Assembly (NCBI GenBank): GCA_040954595.2
Contig: CM082578.2
Coordinates: forward strand, 8,293,519-8,357,518
Direction of reading: 5' to 3'
Source: Balanoglossus misakiensis
Lineage: Eukaryota > Animalia > Hemichordata
Length of the DNA: 64,000 bases
Below, in pieces: positions 1 to 15,100 of this stretch. The position numbers and the translations under genes are program-made. The notes under the pieces are model-generated. The model saw nothing but the letters and a program-made list of their open reading frames with translations. It was not told the DNA's origin and ran no database searches. The first letter of the stretch is position 1, and every line of letters starts with the position of its first letter.

Positions 1-2225
1 CCTGAACAAATGACATGAAATATTGAGATTCATTTGTGTCGCGAATCTTCTCTGTCGCAGTATCTAATATGTAAACTGTGATGATTTTCATGTTTTGTAT
101 TGAAATGGGCCTCTCATAATTACTACATCTTGAGGAAATTGCCCAATATTGCTCATCATTTACAGGAAAGGTCGCACTGTACCACATTTCTGTATTGGTA
201 TTCATCATCCATTTTAGAGATGAAGAAAACGTATTTTTTTTCTGTGAATACCCTTAGCTTAGGATAATAATTTGGATCAGCCGTTCATGGCAGCAGCACT
301 CCTACGTGTATACATGAATATGCATGTATTTCTCCTGGCAGGGTGTTCAACTTATGGGCCTGACAAACGCAACACTACTTCCTCAATGATCTGTGAAATT
401 CCTTTCAATACTCAGAGAATTTTTCCTCAATTTCATCTCAGCGTATAAGCAGCTGTTATTATGAATAACATATATGCTATAGAGAACTTCAATCTTAAAA
501 ACCGCATCATTTTTTTGGTTGTAATCTTACACAAGACTGGAGTGATATCTGTCAGTCTGATTAATAGCTGCAATTATCGGTGGAATGAAATGATGAAACC
601 TTTTGGTAAATGCAGAAATTACATTTGATGAGAAATGTTGCATATTTTGAACCTCGGCCAGTGCATTAGATGTCTGGGCTCTATATAATAACTCTCTTTC
701 AATTTTATATGATCATCATAATTAAAATTCTTTATATTGAACTACAGAAAGGCGAAAGGTTCTTTGAATGGGGTCAAAGGTCACCTGATATCCCAGTTCC
801 TTGGGTTTTAGTGTTGATTGAACCGGATAAGCAAGGGTGCAGTTTGGGCCATTTATAAAGTAATGAATAATTCATAATAATATCCTGAAAGAGTATTAAT
901 GCCGCAGTTGTTGTGGAATGATAATTGGTGACTAAGTATCGCTGTCTCAGATCTGACATTTATGAGAATGATAAGAAGAACCCACCCAGAATAAGAGATC
1001 TCAATCGTTCGCTGTATATACATGTATGTGTTTGTATGAGGCCATACCAAATTAATCTGTTGTTGCGCAGGAGGTGACAGCTTGTTTTCCAAGTGGAATT
1101 GTCCTTGTGTGGGCGAGTTGTGTTTAATTCAAATGTAACAAATGATACCTATTAAAATGATGCGTCGGTCATCACACCCCGTTCCAGAAAAAAATAACTT
1201 GAAAATTGTAAGATGGGCCATATTTTGCGTCATAAACCAAATTTTTTTCAAAATGCCATAAAAATGTTAAGAGCTAAATACACATTCTAAAATTTCTCCA
1301 GAAGCAAAGAAAGTAGAGTATGTCAGCATCAATAAATGATTTGATTGAGTGAACCAAGGTATGCACTGTTGTGTCACGAATATGATTGATTCAGAATGAG
1401 GTCAAGGCTGACTTCAATGGAGGGAAAATTTGAGCCAGGGCATACGACAACAAGACTTTGCTAGCTTTATGTATAATTAATGAAGAAGAACAAATACCCA
1501 GTACTCCTATGTTTTCACGTACTTCCCAGTAAGATCCGATTATTAATACATTATATGTATTATGTAAGCAATGAACCATGTTTGTACATTGAGATGACAT
1601 GTATACTCACAACATAGGCCAGTCTTGGTATTCTCCACACTGTTCCCATGGTAACATTACCTCCAGCACATTTTACAGTATTTTTATGTAAGCCATCACG
1701 TTTGGGTTGGTTATGCCCTATATTTATGTTGAACCAAAGAAATATGTCTGTTAATGTTCTCCACAGTGATGTTTATCCTTTGGGTCCCAAATAAGCTCAC
1801 AAACTAAAGTCCCAAATGAAAATTACCATAAAAAGAGGGAAAAAATTGTAAAAATTAAACATTGCAAATGAAGTGAGGATGTAAATTTGTCAGGGAAAAT
1901 AAGGACCTTGATTGATGACAGAATGCTAATTAAAATCAACAATAAATCAAACATGCAAACACAATAGATAACATAACACAAGAATACAACGAATACAACG
2001 TCGTACTTCATCATGTATATTTTTGAAAGTATGCACGGGTCTACAGTAAACATCATACAGCCAAGAAAAGCTGTCTGAGTCGAATCCAGAAAGGGTGGCA
2101 TCCTGATTCTGGCTTTAATAACTCTCACAAAGTTTCTAATCATACCTGAAATGTGCCAGTAAAATGATACGCACATTTGTATGTTTTCGGCCATACTTCT
2201 AACATTCAACTGATTTCGAATACAC

Positions 2226-2247
2226 CTCTCTCTCTCTCTCTCTCTCT
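2226..2247 (+). repeat. (CT)11 microsatellite
   Basis: Direct reading. Confidence 0.95.
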
Positions 2248-2252
2248 TCCAG

Positions 2253-2360
2253 AATTTCTTTTGAAGATTTTGAGAAGCTAGCCGTTCTGGACAATTCTCT
2301 GATTGCATGGTTTGACGCTCTGGGCACGGTGTTCTAGCGCGAGTCTCAGCACTCACAAGG
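2253..2360 (+). other. Candidate non-coding (5' UTR) exon
   Basis: (CT)11-TCCAG acceptor and AAGG|GTAAGT donor; stops in all three frames. Confidence 0.35.
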
Positions 2361-5300
2361 GTAAGTTCCTGACGTGTACGTTCTCCTGTATGTGTGTAAT
2401 CAGTTCCTGCAGAGAAGTAAAAAGCAAAAATCATCCACTTGTGGAGAAACAGCAATTTGAACATCTGCCCTGTCAACAAAAGGAAGAGGCATACGTGACG
2501 GGAAGTAGGAGGTTAATTCCCGGAATCAGAGGAAGTAATTTCTGACAAGGATGTGGATGTAGTCTAGCAGTGACGTGACATCTTCATTCAATCATGGAGC
2601 AGTGCTACGACACCTCAATAAAGTTAACCGTGTGACTCCATTAATGAAACCTTGTAGTGTTTATGTGTGGGTTTACCAGTTTTGTATAGTACAGAGCATT
2701 TCATTCACTCTGAAGTTTTTATGTCTGAAATGGAATCCATTGCTGCATGTAGGTGTTTCATGAAGTGATTTCACTCCAAATATTTTACAGCCTAAACTTC
2801 CATTCTTGAATTGCGTTTGAGTGCCTAGGATTGGGTGCTGACACGCGGGCCCACTGAGTGCAGTATTCAGGAAAACATGAATGCAATCACAACTTTAACG
2901 ATCATTACAGACTGACAAATCGCGTCTGACTCGTTGAGCTGCCATTAGATTCAGCGACATACAAAACGCCATGTTCGGTGTTCAAAACAAGCAGATTGTG
3001 TAAAGGGAAAGTCTGGTCAGAATTGTCAGAACCTTTGTGTATGTCCGCAATGTTTTGGCAGAAGTTTTCAGACTGCGTGTTGCTTCATCAGTGATTTTGG
3101 TTCAATCAAGGACAGCTTTGACAGAACATCGCTGGACTTGCTTCCCTCAAAACAACATACATGTACATGTACCTCTAAATTAACATGGAAATATCATCTC
3201 AGGGGTAATGTATTCTACTCAAAAACTCTTGAGGATGACTTTCTTGCCAAAACAGTCATTATTGAAGTCATTGTCACTGGTTGTCACAGAGCATTCATCG
3301 CCGTGTGAACAAAACACACACAGTGGCAAAGGCAAACATGCAACAAATCAAGACCCGGCATCGTGTATCTCACCAAAGCGCTCATTCACCTGGAAGTATT
3401 AGGTTGCTCTGAGACTTGAAAAAGAATCACTCCCACTCACAATCGATGCAGAACGTTCTATTAATCAAGCCGTATAAAGTTACTGCTACTGCCTGATCAG
3501 TGAGAGCTGAGCTTGTTTTCCTCTCTCACAGTTTCGCTGCAATTATTCTTGAATTTAACTGCAAATGAGGTTACATGTAAACTTGTGACCCACGTGCCCA
3601 TTAATTGCCTTTGGCATTCACTGGTATTGCGGCCCCACCCACTCAGAATCTTTCAAGACAAATTATCATATATGGAGGTGTTTCAGGAACTGTTTTGAGT
3701 GTATTTTATTTTGAGATGACCCTGTTAAAAATAGCATAGTCTATATTCGAAAATCTTTTTTATGACCTGAAGGTGTGTTTGAATGGCTGTCTTTGTCTGA
3801 GTTCTTGGCAACTCTTGTCGCCAGGGAAATATGTCGTGACAAAAGAGGAAATGTTATGCAGTTGCAAAATATAATGATGACAGATTGTTATCTCGGTTTA
3901 TTACATATACATGTATATATCTTTATGATTTTGAGGAACCCGTATGACATGCACTGTATCACTCCTCACAATATTGCAATTTTAATTAAACTGTAACTTG
4001 ATTGTCTTTTTGACACCAAACATTGTAAATTGGTTTCATTCAATGTTCTGGGGCATTGCGGGAAATTCTAAGATGCCAGAAAACAGATAATGTAGCAGGA
4101 TACTGCTCGTGTAGTTGCTAGTCCTAGGAGAGAGTTCCTGGATCTCAACAGTAAATGTTGGATTAGGAGAAGAGTGATTTCATCGCATCCATCAAACGTG
4201 AAGGATTCACCCCTGTAATCCGGCCCCTGTTGTGGCAAGAGGCATGTTTCAGTCTTGATTTTGGATCAGGTCCAAATTGAAGTGATTCCAGCAATGAACA
4301 AATGTTTTTATTCAGATATTAAGTTTCATCATTGATACAGTTGCAGAAGACATATCAGATAAGATTAATATACAGTGATAACCCTTGACAGCCAGACTGC
4401 ACTGGAGAAAGAAATTTCAAATCTCAGAACTCATATAACGAACATTGATTTACTGTTCAGAGGGATTTTAGTAATACTTTTCAGTCAGTGAAATGGAAAT
4501 TTATCACTTTGGATTAAAAGTGGCGTTGACTTCACTTTGCTCTGAGGAGGAGAAGGTGGAAATCAATTCTTTGGTGTAGATGGATTTATGGAAGAAGGGG
4601 ATCACTATTCCCAGTAACTTCAGATGGGGTTTAATCTCTTCCCCTTTTTCCGCCAAAGCTTTGTATATAACGCAGTTAAGAATGTAATTTTAATAATCAA
4701 CAATAGTACATTGATGATCCATATATGAGACTTCAGTTAAATCCTGAGCTACCCCAATGCCAAGGGCAATGATCTTACACATGGCCAAAACAAGATTAAC
4801 ATATACATGTCCCTCGCAAAAGACTGGTATAGTTCATCTTAATTAGTATGATAAATCAATCTAAATCACAACTGCGACGCTTCAGTACATGGTTGCTCCG
4901 TGGTCTGTGGGGTTTATCAGAACAGCGGGTTGGACTCTGCAATAAATCATCTTTACCAACTTAGTGTTTGTCAGTCCTTGCACTGTGCACCACCTGATCA
5001 CAAACTGTGTGAGGTGCCAGTGGTTATATCACGGATAGCGTCTCTATTCTCAAGGTGCTTCATCAGTCGCCATTAATGGAGACTGATGTGGTTCGGGTAC
5101 CAGGAATATGCAAAACCAAGGGTGAATAAGTTTTCAATGAAAAATGTCATGGTTGTTTTTGGTGACATGCTGGAAGGGAAAATTTGACAGCCAGCCAGTG
5201 CTGGGCCCAGTTACTGGAGTTACTGGGTTCATCCTATAATACATGAACATATACCGGTGGTTAGTTAGTTATAGTTAGTTTATAGTACTAAGGTAACAAT

Positions 5301-6368
5301 CATTTGAAGAGTTAGAAAAGATGATGACAGATAGTCACATACCAACCAAGGTCATCATACAGCATTTAATTAGTAGTTAGTTTAGGTGACAATTATCATT
5401 CAGAAATTCAATAAAAATCATGAACATCGACTACATCGTTATTTTTCAATCACTTCTATGGCCGATCACATGGTCACATCAGATCTTTGTCGTGAAATCA
5501 GTCAAGGATCCAGAAGAACAGATCCATTGACATTTCAGAGTGACATGAACAGAGTGGGCAGCATATGGCTGTCCTATAAGTACCTTTAATGCTCTTCTTT
5601 ATAGGCTATCTCATTCAAATGTTCCCAAAATACACCACAGTGTGGGTTAATGATCCATTTGGCTTGTTTTCTTCTGTGCTTTTCTTTTCATAACTCCCAG
5701 CCAGTGACATTTTATGTAGAAGAAATAAAAGCAGTTTTGACAATGCTAATAATTTAAGCCTCTGAACACAAAGGCCTACATGGATGGATGTACATATAAT
5801 ATTAAGGCATTTGACACCCGACATATACATGCATTCATATGACTAGCGACCCAAAATTAGAGCCCCAATTTGCACGACTTGGACAACCTTTGTCGATTTG
5901 TTGCCATGGTATCTCCTGATTTTCGGCCGTTCTCTGCGATTGCCATCATCTTCTGGCAGCCCACGTTTTTTTTTTTTTTCAATTCCATCCACAATCTAAT
6001 CTGCCCTAATTGACATCGCTGGCAATTTCAAGGAGAGAGCAACACTACAAGTTCTCAATTGCGGATGTTGAGTCAAATACCACCCTGATTGACGTCGCAT
6101 AAGTGTAGCAGCAAAAAAGCCTTTGCGAAGCCAGGAAAATGCCATCTGTGTGAAAATATCTTTCCATTGTAATTTACCATCAGTTTAATGTTTTTCTCCA
6201 GACCAGCGTTTGCTTATAAACCCCATCATCTATGGTGTAGGTGGAAATTATTTCATGAGTAGGGGTGACGTCTTTATTTTAAAGAAGTTTTTGTAATTCT
6301 GTCATGTTTTTTATTCAAATTTTTACTTGCACATAGCCTGAGATGCCCCATTTGCTAGAGTCTTAGAC

Positions 6369-6426
6369 TCTAGAATCTAGACTCTGGAGTGAGCACAGCA
6401 GAAAAAAAATGAGTCTGGATTCTAGA
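6369..6426. mobile_element. Tiny inverted-repeat element / MITE remnant
   Basis: TCTAGAATCTAGACTC (6369-6384) and GAGTCTGGATTCTAGA (6411-6426) form a 16-bp inverted repeat with 1 mismatch. Confidence 0.55.
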
Positions 6427-6663
6427 TTACGTTTGCTTTGAACCTTCCTCGGCCTCACTTACTGTGGGCTGTTTGTTCAGGGTTCATATATAAAATGTCA
6501 AAACTCCCACTACCATGATCTGTCAATTAATTAATTAATAATTAATTATGTAAAAAAGAGGATTTATGATGCACCTCGTATGTTTGACGGTAACTTCAGA
6601 TACAAAATGAATGGGTGAAAAAAATCATTCTCTGAGGAGATGTATTGGATGCCACTATTAATT

Positions 6664-6996
6664 CAATCTGATTAAAATCAGATGTAGGGAACGGCGACTT
6701 GGTTTTTTTATGTTGTCGCCTCACACTACAAACAAAGAAAGATACCATGGGATTACATGTAATTGTTCACAAGAGAAAGCCAATCTTTCGTATTCTGTGC
6801 GATACTCAAAGTCAACAACAACATTTCTCCCATCTCCCAGTGCAATTCTTTAGTCGGCATAACACGCAATCTGATTGGCCGGGTCGGAACGCGAGAGTTC
6901 AGCGGGATCTCCATTGAGAGTTGGTCAGATGTAGTGTGAGGCGACAGCATAAAAAAACCAAGTCGCCGTTCCCTACATCTGATTTTAATCAGATTG
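6664..6996. mobile_element. MITE, 333 bp, with 67-bp TIRs and a 9-bp TSD (Mutator-like by TSD length)
   Basis: 6664-6730 is the reverse complement of 6930-6996 with 1 mismatch. Flanks CTATTAATT (6655-6663) and CTATTTATT (6997-7005). Confidence 0.88.
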
Positions 6997-8304
6997 CTAT
7001 TTATTGTGTGTGGGTGTAAATGGTAGAAATTGCAGGGAAAAGTTGTTTCAATTTTATTGTTGAAAATGTGCACTTGGGAGAGTTATTTTTGTTTGTAGAT
7101 CACATAGGTAGTGATTTCAAATTTGAGGGCTTTATTTTTGTCAGGCGTGATCCTACTTGAAATGTCTTCCAGAAATTATGTCTGTTACCAGTTTCGTTTA
7201 CAGTGATTGTGTAACAAGTAAAGTGTTTATAGATATAATAAGAATATTTCAGGTTTTTGGTAACTTGGTTTACACAAAACACGAGGGATGATATGTGTAT
7301 GAAAAACTTTTGATACATGTATCCATGGTATCTTTCTATAATGGTACGAACACCATTTTCTTTTCAGACATAAGACTCTTTTTCATCCATGCTCAATGTA
7401 CATTAGTACAAGAAGTATAGCAAACTTGTTCATTATTCAGGTGAGCTGATCGATAAACATGAGTTTTTTTGTGGTGGCCACTAACATTTAGATCTGTAAT
7501 GAGATTAGCATATCACAGATGAACATTTTTTGGTATTAAAAGGGTGCAATTGACCTTTAACCTCACAGGTACATATCTTCATGACCAAAGAATGTCTAAT
7601 GTAAGGTAATGGTAGAACATATCCAAATGGTTGCCGTAACAACTTCCAAGAGAACGGTAACCCATACATGTTAGAAACTGCACCTTATTTCAGAAAATCA
7701 GAGAAAAAGAAACAGTAATTACTTACAAACTATTGCCCAGTGAAAAAAAATTGACATGAAAATTGTTTGGGAATTTTTAAAATAGCATTTGCAATTTAAT
7801 GATAGAAGTAATATAGTCATGACATATCTGGAATGACAACATAAGTATTTAGAAGGTGCCTGGTAAATATTATTGACATTTCATTTGCAAAACCAATGCA
7901 TGACTTTCCTTGTATCAGGCATGGTTAAAAACTCAGTAAGAGCCAAAGGATTGCAAATTGACTGCCCTGACATCTCTTCTAAAACATGAGTGGCTCATGC
8001 TACTTTTCACAGTGTATTTTAACAAGAGTGCCCGTAATTGTGAAGTAGAACAGCTAGAAAAGAAAATGGCCGTGTGTTTCAAGTATCTGCAGACAGACAT
8101 TTGGGGAGGGGGGGGGGGGATATGCATGGTACAACTACAGCGGATGTCCTCAAGTTAAGAGTCTCCAGGAAAGCCCGGTTGTGGAGGTACGGAAGTCGGT
8201 TGCCGTGGCGCCGCCTCGTTCGTGTACCCGCAGCTTTATCGTCCCCGACAACTCGTTGACATTCTGTAGCTGTATCTCAAGAAGTGCTCGCCAATAATTT
8301 AAAA

Positions 8305-8598
8305 GCAAATTTGCCCATGGCAGAAAAAAAGTTTTAAAAAGCATTACGTTGCAAAGATAGGAGTATGGCCTATGCTCTATGCCTGTGCTCTCAAAAAGAA
8401 GCAACTATTAAACCTCAAAGATGTGTAAATTTTCATGAAATGTTCACCCATATTTGAGGCAAATTTGCACATGGCAAAATTTTTTTAAAATGTTGTTTTT
8501 TTAAAAGCATAATTTTGAAAAAGATGGGAGTATGACCTACGATACTATAGGTGATCTCTAAACGAAGCAAATATTAAACCTCAAAGATAGGTAAATTT
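8305..8598 (+). repeat. Diverged tandem duplication, period about 154 bp
   Basis: GCAAATTTGC.CATGGCA...AAAGAT.GGAGTATG.CCTA...GAAGCAA..ATTAAACCTCAAAGAT..GTAAATTT occurs at 8305 and again at 8459. Confidence 0.85.
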
Positions 8599-9126
8599 AT
8601 GTTCCAAACAAAACAGTTGCTTTGCAGATCAATATTTTTCTTTTGTGAACTTAATGTTTAGTCTACTGTGGAGAAAAAATCCCTTACTGCTGCATGAAAA
8701 TGCAATTTTTCATAAGTGGTACCTGACCTGGATGTTAATTAGTTTATGCCCAGGTTTTCTTTTTGCCAGAATAATATATCATGCAACCATCACACATTGT
8801 ATGCCTTATCAGAAACAGACCGAGGTAGGAAAACGATGCAGCTGTTAGTTCTGCTGGGAATTCAGACCTCTCTTAAATGATTGATTTCTCATTTTATTTT
8901 TATCCATCTGGGATAACGACAACGGGACTACGTATCACGTAATTATGATAAGTATAGATATTTCTAGGGTTTTATTATTACTGTACACACATTACGGCAG
9001 GGACTCTGACGTTACTGCAGAGCTGACGGAAGTGCATTTTTTTGTGCGCGAGAGGACTAATCAATATTTATATGTGTTTGTCCATGTCTGTGTGACTCAA
9101 AGACGCACGCATGCAGTCATGCTAAC

Positions 9127-9151
9127 CACACACACACACATACACACACAC
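9127..9151 (+). repeat. Interrupted (CA)n microsatellite
   Basis: cacacacacacacatacacacacac. Confidence 0.9.
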
Positions 9152-12100
9152 CCCATTCATGACTGTGCCTCAGTTAGCCTCCGCGCTCCGATCGATTTGA
9201 GCATGCTCAGAGAGGGCTGCACCTCTGCTTAATGCATCTCTGAGTGAAAACGTTATTGATGTAATTGGATTGATGCCGGGCACAGTGAAAAGGTAGACGT
9301 GCCAAGAGCACAGCGCGCGATATATCGGCTGGATGAAAGTGTGGCGACCGCCCTTCTCTGTGTGTACATCCTTGTGCTAGCTGCAAACTCTGTGTGAACA
9401 GGCCGATCCTTCTCTGTCGTACCTATCTCACTTAAGCCAGGAATTCACGGATCTTAGTCGGTCAGTACTTCTCCCTTCCATTCCATAAATTTGATTCCTA
9501 AGTACGTGGTTTATTTTCACATGGTTTTTTTTCCACCATGAATGAACGTTTTTTTATGTGCACTGCGCGAATATTCTGAATCGTATGAGTGAGGCACTGA
9601 TCGCCGTAAAAGGTTTTTCCTCCTTCAATCTTGCGAGTTAAATTTTTGAACAAACTGATGTCTCTAATAATAATGCTCATCTCGTTCAGAGCACCTGAAA
9701 GGTATTTCAGAAAAATTCCCGGTACAGGGGATAAATTGTGTAATCCCTCGAGAGGGTGGCTATCGCAGATCTTTTTTAAGGTTTGAATAAATACGAAATG
9801 GTGACATATCATTCAGGCAGTGCTTCAGTCCGATTGCCGACCGGCAAATTCTTGACTGAGAAGTGGGATATTTGCCGCAGTTTCGAACGCTTGAGGTCTC
9901 TGTATGCTGTGTTATAACTGTGACGATGAATTCTGTATGAGCGTGTCAGTCAAGTGACCTTTGTGAATGTGTTAAGGACAGGTGAGATGGCTCTAAGTGA
10001 GGGCAACAGAATTCTTCTTCACAGTTTTTTCCCTCATCATCCTCCACTGATGTAATTTGCTGTGCCGTTTTGTTTATCTCGCGCATGTGGTAGGGTCTTG
10101 TCGGCTTTCTAGTACCGTATGTGTTGACCACACTGTGATGAAGCTGTCACAATGAAACTCGCTGCAAATGGGCATTGATGCAGAGAGTATCAAAATTTCC
10201 CTGGCATAAACTTCCAACTTGAAACAAAATTAATCTGAGCAGCTAGAATAAATAAAATTGGCAGTGTCTTTAGGAAGAGTTGGTGAGACTAAAAGAAATT
10301 TTAATGTGGCACTTTGTTTTTGACAGTTCATCTTGATGAAATTGCGAATTCTCGGGGGGAAAATGAAAACAACGATCAATCATAAAATAAATGTTAATGA
10401 CACATCAAACTCTTTGATGTGGGACCACGTGACAATATTGAAAATCAAATTGAGACGTTTTATTTCATGTAAATTCACCTTGCGTGATATGACGCGATGT
10501 TTAATGATACACATTTGAGATTATCGTACATGTGAAAGAATAAAAAAAAATATTTCATTTGATCGTGGCTACACAGGCCTGTATTCAAAATTGTGTGATT
10601 TGAACCTCAATAATGAGTTTAAATTGAGACGGGGAATATGTGGTAAAATTTTGTAATATCCTGACGTGGCCAGCACACAGAACTGACATTTCTTTTATTT
10701 TCCACAGAAGGTGTTTTAATATTTTATTGCTCTGACACAATGAGCTATTTTGAAAGTAGCTGCGAGGCAGTGAACAGATCCGGAAAAAATGAGGCACTGT
10801 GCAGGTTAATGTGAAAACGTGCATCAGCATACTCAAAATGCCCACCTGGTCAAAACGAATCTCATTTCTGCATTTGTTGCGTTGACCCATAAACTTGTTT
10901 GTAAGGGGACTTTTTTGGGGGGGAGGGGGGGGGGGGTTGATGATGTAAATTTGTGTATGTGGGACATCTAGCGTCAGTCTGGTACTGTGTTTTATATAAT
11001 CTTAATGTCAGGCTAAAATAACCTCTTCTATAGAAAATGAGGTCACTCTATGGATTTTCATTGAAAATTAAAGTCAGTCTGAATGACTTGTAAATTTTAT
11101 TTCACCTTTGCATGTACCAATTGCTGCAGTTGGGTGTTTCTGTGCTTATGTTTTATTTATATTTTTAAGTAATCAGTCCTTGAGCTCACTGTATTTCTGG
11201 AGGTGCAATCACTCCATGAGTGATTGTGGTGTCAGTTTTTGCACCAATCCCTTGATGAACAGAGAAACTCATCACTCATATGTCACATGCCCTAGCTAGC
11301 TGTCACCGTTTATAAAATAGATGTGATAGTATTTAACGAATCCAAATGAAGAAAAAAAATCGTACAATAGTAATGAATGTAGTTTACAGCGTAATTACCT
11401 GTCAGTGGAGCCTCCCACCTCATAGTCAGATGCAGACAGACTCTTTAGAGAATATGATGTGTTCAGAATGATTAAAATTACAGCATTCTTTGATGAAATT
11501 CTCAGAAGAGTTAGCACCAGATTTATCCCACACTCAGGTAGTCCACCGCAACAGTAGACTTCCTAGTTGAGATGCAGGAATATAATATTTAACAGTCAGT
11601 GTCAAACACTGAGGCTGCAAATTAAGACATATTTATGTGAGATGCGAGTGACTTGCAGCGAGGAAATATTTACCTGTTCATTTGTCACACCACCATCAGT
11701 GTCATATTCATTTGCAGTCGATGTACAATAATAAGAGGAAACTGCATGAATGATACAGCTAGCTGAATGCAATGCTGAGCGTTGTAATTTGAGCTCTTAA
11801 ACAGACTCGCGACAAAGACGATTGTCCGGTGCAGCTTTACAAGCTCAAATGACATAAATGCTGATGCGACACAAAGAGCTGCAGTTGATGATGGGTAATT
11901 ACTGATTTATCGTACGCCCGTGCTACGGATTTGACCGAAAAAAATGAGTGTTGAATAGTCAATTTTGAGAGTTGTTATTCCTTCCTGACATTGACAATGG
12001 GAAGCCTGATCAACATGCTCAATGCAAATCGCTGCTGCGTCACTGCTACTGCATTGCAAGTGAGAGTTTGTGAGATTTGCTTGTAGCTAGGTAAAGTGTT

Positions 12101-15100
12101 GCAGCAATGGCATGTTTACATCGAAGATCTCCATCATAGTGAAGTGGCCACAACAGTCAGAGGAGCAATGCAACGTGATAATATTCAAGTTGCACTCCTA
12201 TTTTGTAAAGTGCATTAAAGGGGCAGGGTGGTGTCCTGTCTTTTGACAAAGTTGGAGTACCAGTAAATGGAGATTGACATGTCGTATTGTATCTCAAGTA
12301 ACATCCTACTGTTCTGATCCAGAGAGTTTTCCGTTAAGGTATGGCAAATATGTGTCTTTTTTTTCAAATTCAGTGGATCAAATTGTGGGGTGCTGCAATG
12401 CATCGTGATTCAGTTCATCTGGTAGTTGTAGCACGTATCACCACTGCACACATCATTTTGATACAGTGTGAATTATGAGATGTCAGTCTTTGCAATGTAC
12501 TAATCTCAGGTCATACGTTTGTTTTACCTAATCGTGTTTTCTATATAATCAAAAGTGATGATGTTTCCTTACTGTAGTACTTCTCACACAGAATTATTAA
12601 TTTTTATCATGGAGAATCTCAGAATTCCATGCACTTCGTTTACATCTGCTGAAATCCCTAAACAGCAAAAGTTCATGTGTTGGAGAATTCATTTTCAATT
12701 CTTCAGGTAATAATGAAGAAAATTGGGAAAAGTAAAATTTCCCTCATTAAGAATATGATGCACTGGTACATGTACATGTATATCCCTTTGAACCGGTGAC
12801 ATATGTTCGTGAATTTTGTGGAAAGATTTTTTTGTAATTCAGCTGCAGTACTAACTGACAGGATGCATTTAAGCCAAATTTTCAAGTTCACAGTCATGGT
12901 CTCCACTACATTGAACTCAAATTCCATTCATTCACTGGTCGGCTGTCCCAGGAGAAGCCATGTTCAACCAGTGACCCGTGTGAATTCTCTCAGTATTGAA
13001 AAAAAACACCATCAAGACATATTGACAACTGAGGCACTTCCCAGCTCCCATACTGCGGAGATCGATCAATCCTCATCACATTTTATGAATACTTGTAAAA
13101 ATTGAATGCACGCCCCTTCCGTGTGTTTCACTGGAAACTGTTACTTTTTTACAGCAGTAACATTAACACCGCTCCCAGCCAACTTATTTTTCTCCAATCG
13201 TGACCATCAATTCACACCATAAAATTGTTATAGCTATGTACATGATGGACTGTGCCTCACTCGACATGTTCAGCCCTGACGTTGGCCACTTTCATGACCT
13301 CTAGGTGACCTCTGCATCCTGGCATTTTCATCGCTAGGAATCCGCCAATTTCAATGGTTGAAATGTCTGTATCAGCCAAACACATTCACTGCTTTCTGAA
13401 GTGTCTTGCCTCTGTGACTCATTTTCAAGTGAACGTTTGCATGGCTGCACATTTTGCAGCAAGACGTTGAATTTTAATGTACCTCACATGTTTAAAAGTG
13501 CCAGGATGTAAAGGCAACATGCAGAGGTCAAGGAATGGCCTCATACCCAAAGTACATGTAGCTGTGACTGATTTTGCTAATTTGTGGCTTCAAAGTCATG
13601 ATACCTACAGAATACTAATTCAGAGGGTTGCTAGTGGCTTGGTTCGTCGTTAAATTTGTGCTTTTTAAGAGATGCAATTAATATGTAACCGAATGTGTGG
13701 AACTGTTTGCATTTCAATTTGTAGTTTCCAAAAATAATTGTAATTGCTAAGATCATTGTGCTAATTCAATTACATCTCACAATATTGTTAAACAACTTCT
13801 ACAAATAATTGGGCTAACATTTCATATTATTTCTACGGCATTAGTCTCGATGAAAGCAGATATTTTAAGAAGCGACAATGCATGGCCTGCAAACATTCTT
13901 GATTTAACCAGGTTTGTCGTGAAAACTACAGCCAATGGGCCATCACTAGTTCCTTCTTATACATCAAACCTTCTGATTGCCTTGTTGTAATATGTCTCCA
14001 ATCACTGCGATGGAACACACCTAATGAAGTGTAAACCGGAACAGATGAGAACAAGCTTCCTTGCCAAATTATATCCTGATATGTTGAAATGAAAGTTTTG
14101 TGCGGCCATGTGCACTCTTTTGCGATCTATAGCTGCCAGCGTTTCCCAGCTCTTGCTCCATTACCCGGAGAAAGTGCTCTGTCATTTGTCTCCCTAACGA
14201 TCTCATCCCTGCGTCAGACAAAATTGCTTACAGGCTTAGAGGCTTATGGCTAGCTGTATGTTTTGTTGCCTGCTTGTAAATTTTCCGCCAAAATTAAGTC
14301 GGCTGATCGTCCGGCGATATTGTCTGGGATCTGGGCAGATGGCTCTGCGGTCTTCTTGAATTCAGGTAAATGTGTAAATTTACGATCAATTTGGACCGGG
14401 TGCCCATTTCAATCAAACCGCGTCTGACAAATAACTTTTAGTGGGCGTAATTAAACCATTAATGACTGCCGGTATAGTTTGACATTTTCAGTGGTTATCA
14501 CATTGACGCATCAGTTGCATTCATATGACTTTCACAGCAGTATTTTTCAAACCCAAAGTGTAGACTATCTGATGGGATTTGCGTTTAAATTTTCTTACAA
14601 ATATTTTTGATTTGCGAAAAAAATACTCTTGCGCAAGTTGTATTCTCCGAAAATGTAGTGTCGATTTTGTTAATTGGGGATATTTTTCTTCATTGAGGAT
14701 GATGGGAATGATACCGGTAAAGGGTAAATGTTATCCATTTGTGTCTAATTAGCATTAAGTGGTACGAAGCCACGTTTTGACGTCACCAGAATGAATAGCA
14801 GCAAACTGTGCTATATTAACTTTATGTGCATTAAAAATGAAGACGTGAACGTGTTGTACAGATAATTACTCTGATCGGGAAGGAAATCTATCAGGTACAT
14901 GTAAATTGTTGACCTTTTGTGATTTGTCTCTTTTGCATGTCCATGCAGGTCAAGTTAAGGAGCTATCCACAGCTGATGCCTGTTTGAAGTTATTACACTG
15001 CCCTCATGCAAAATTTGAAATTTGTGGTGTAAATTTTGCATGATTGCAGTTTTTCGTCGATCCTACTACTGGTCTTTTCAAGGAAAGCAGTGACTGCTCT

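Noticed and set aside
1823-2479. 218-aa minus-strand ORF
   Set aside because: No recognisable domain, runs through the (CT)n microsatellite, and composition is typical of a chance ORF.
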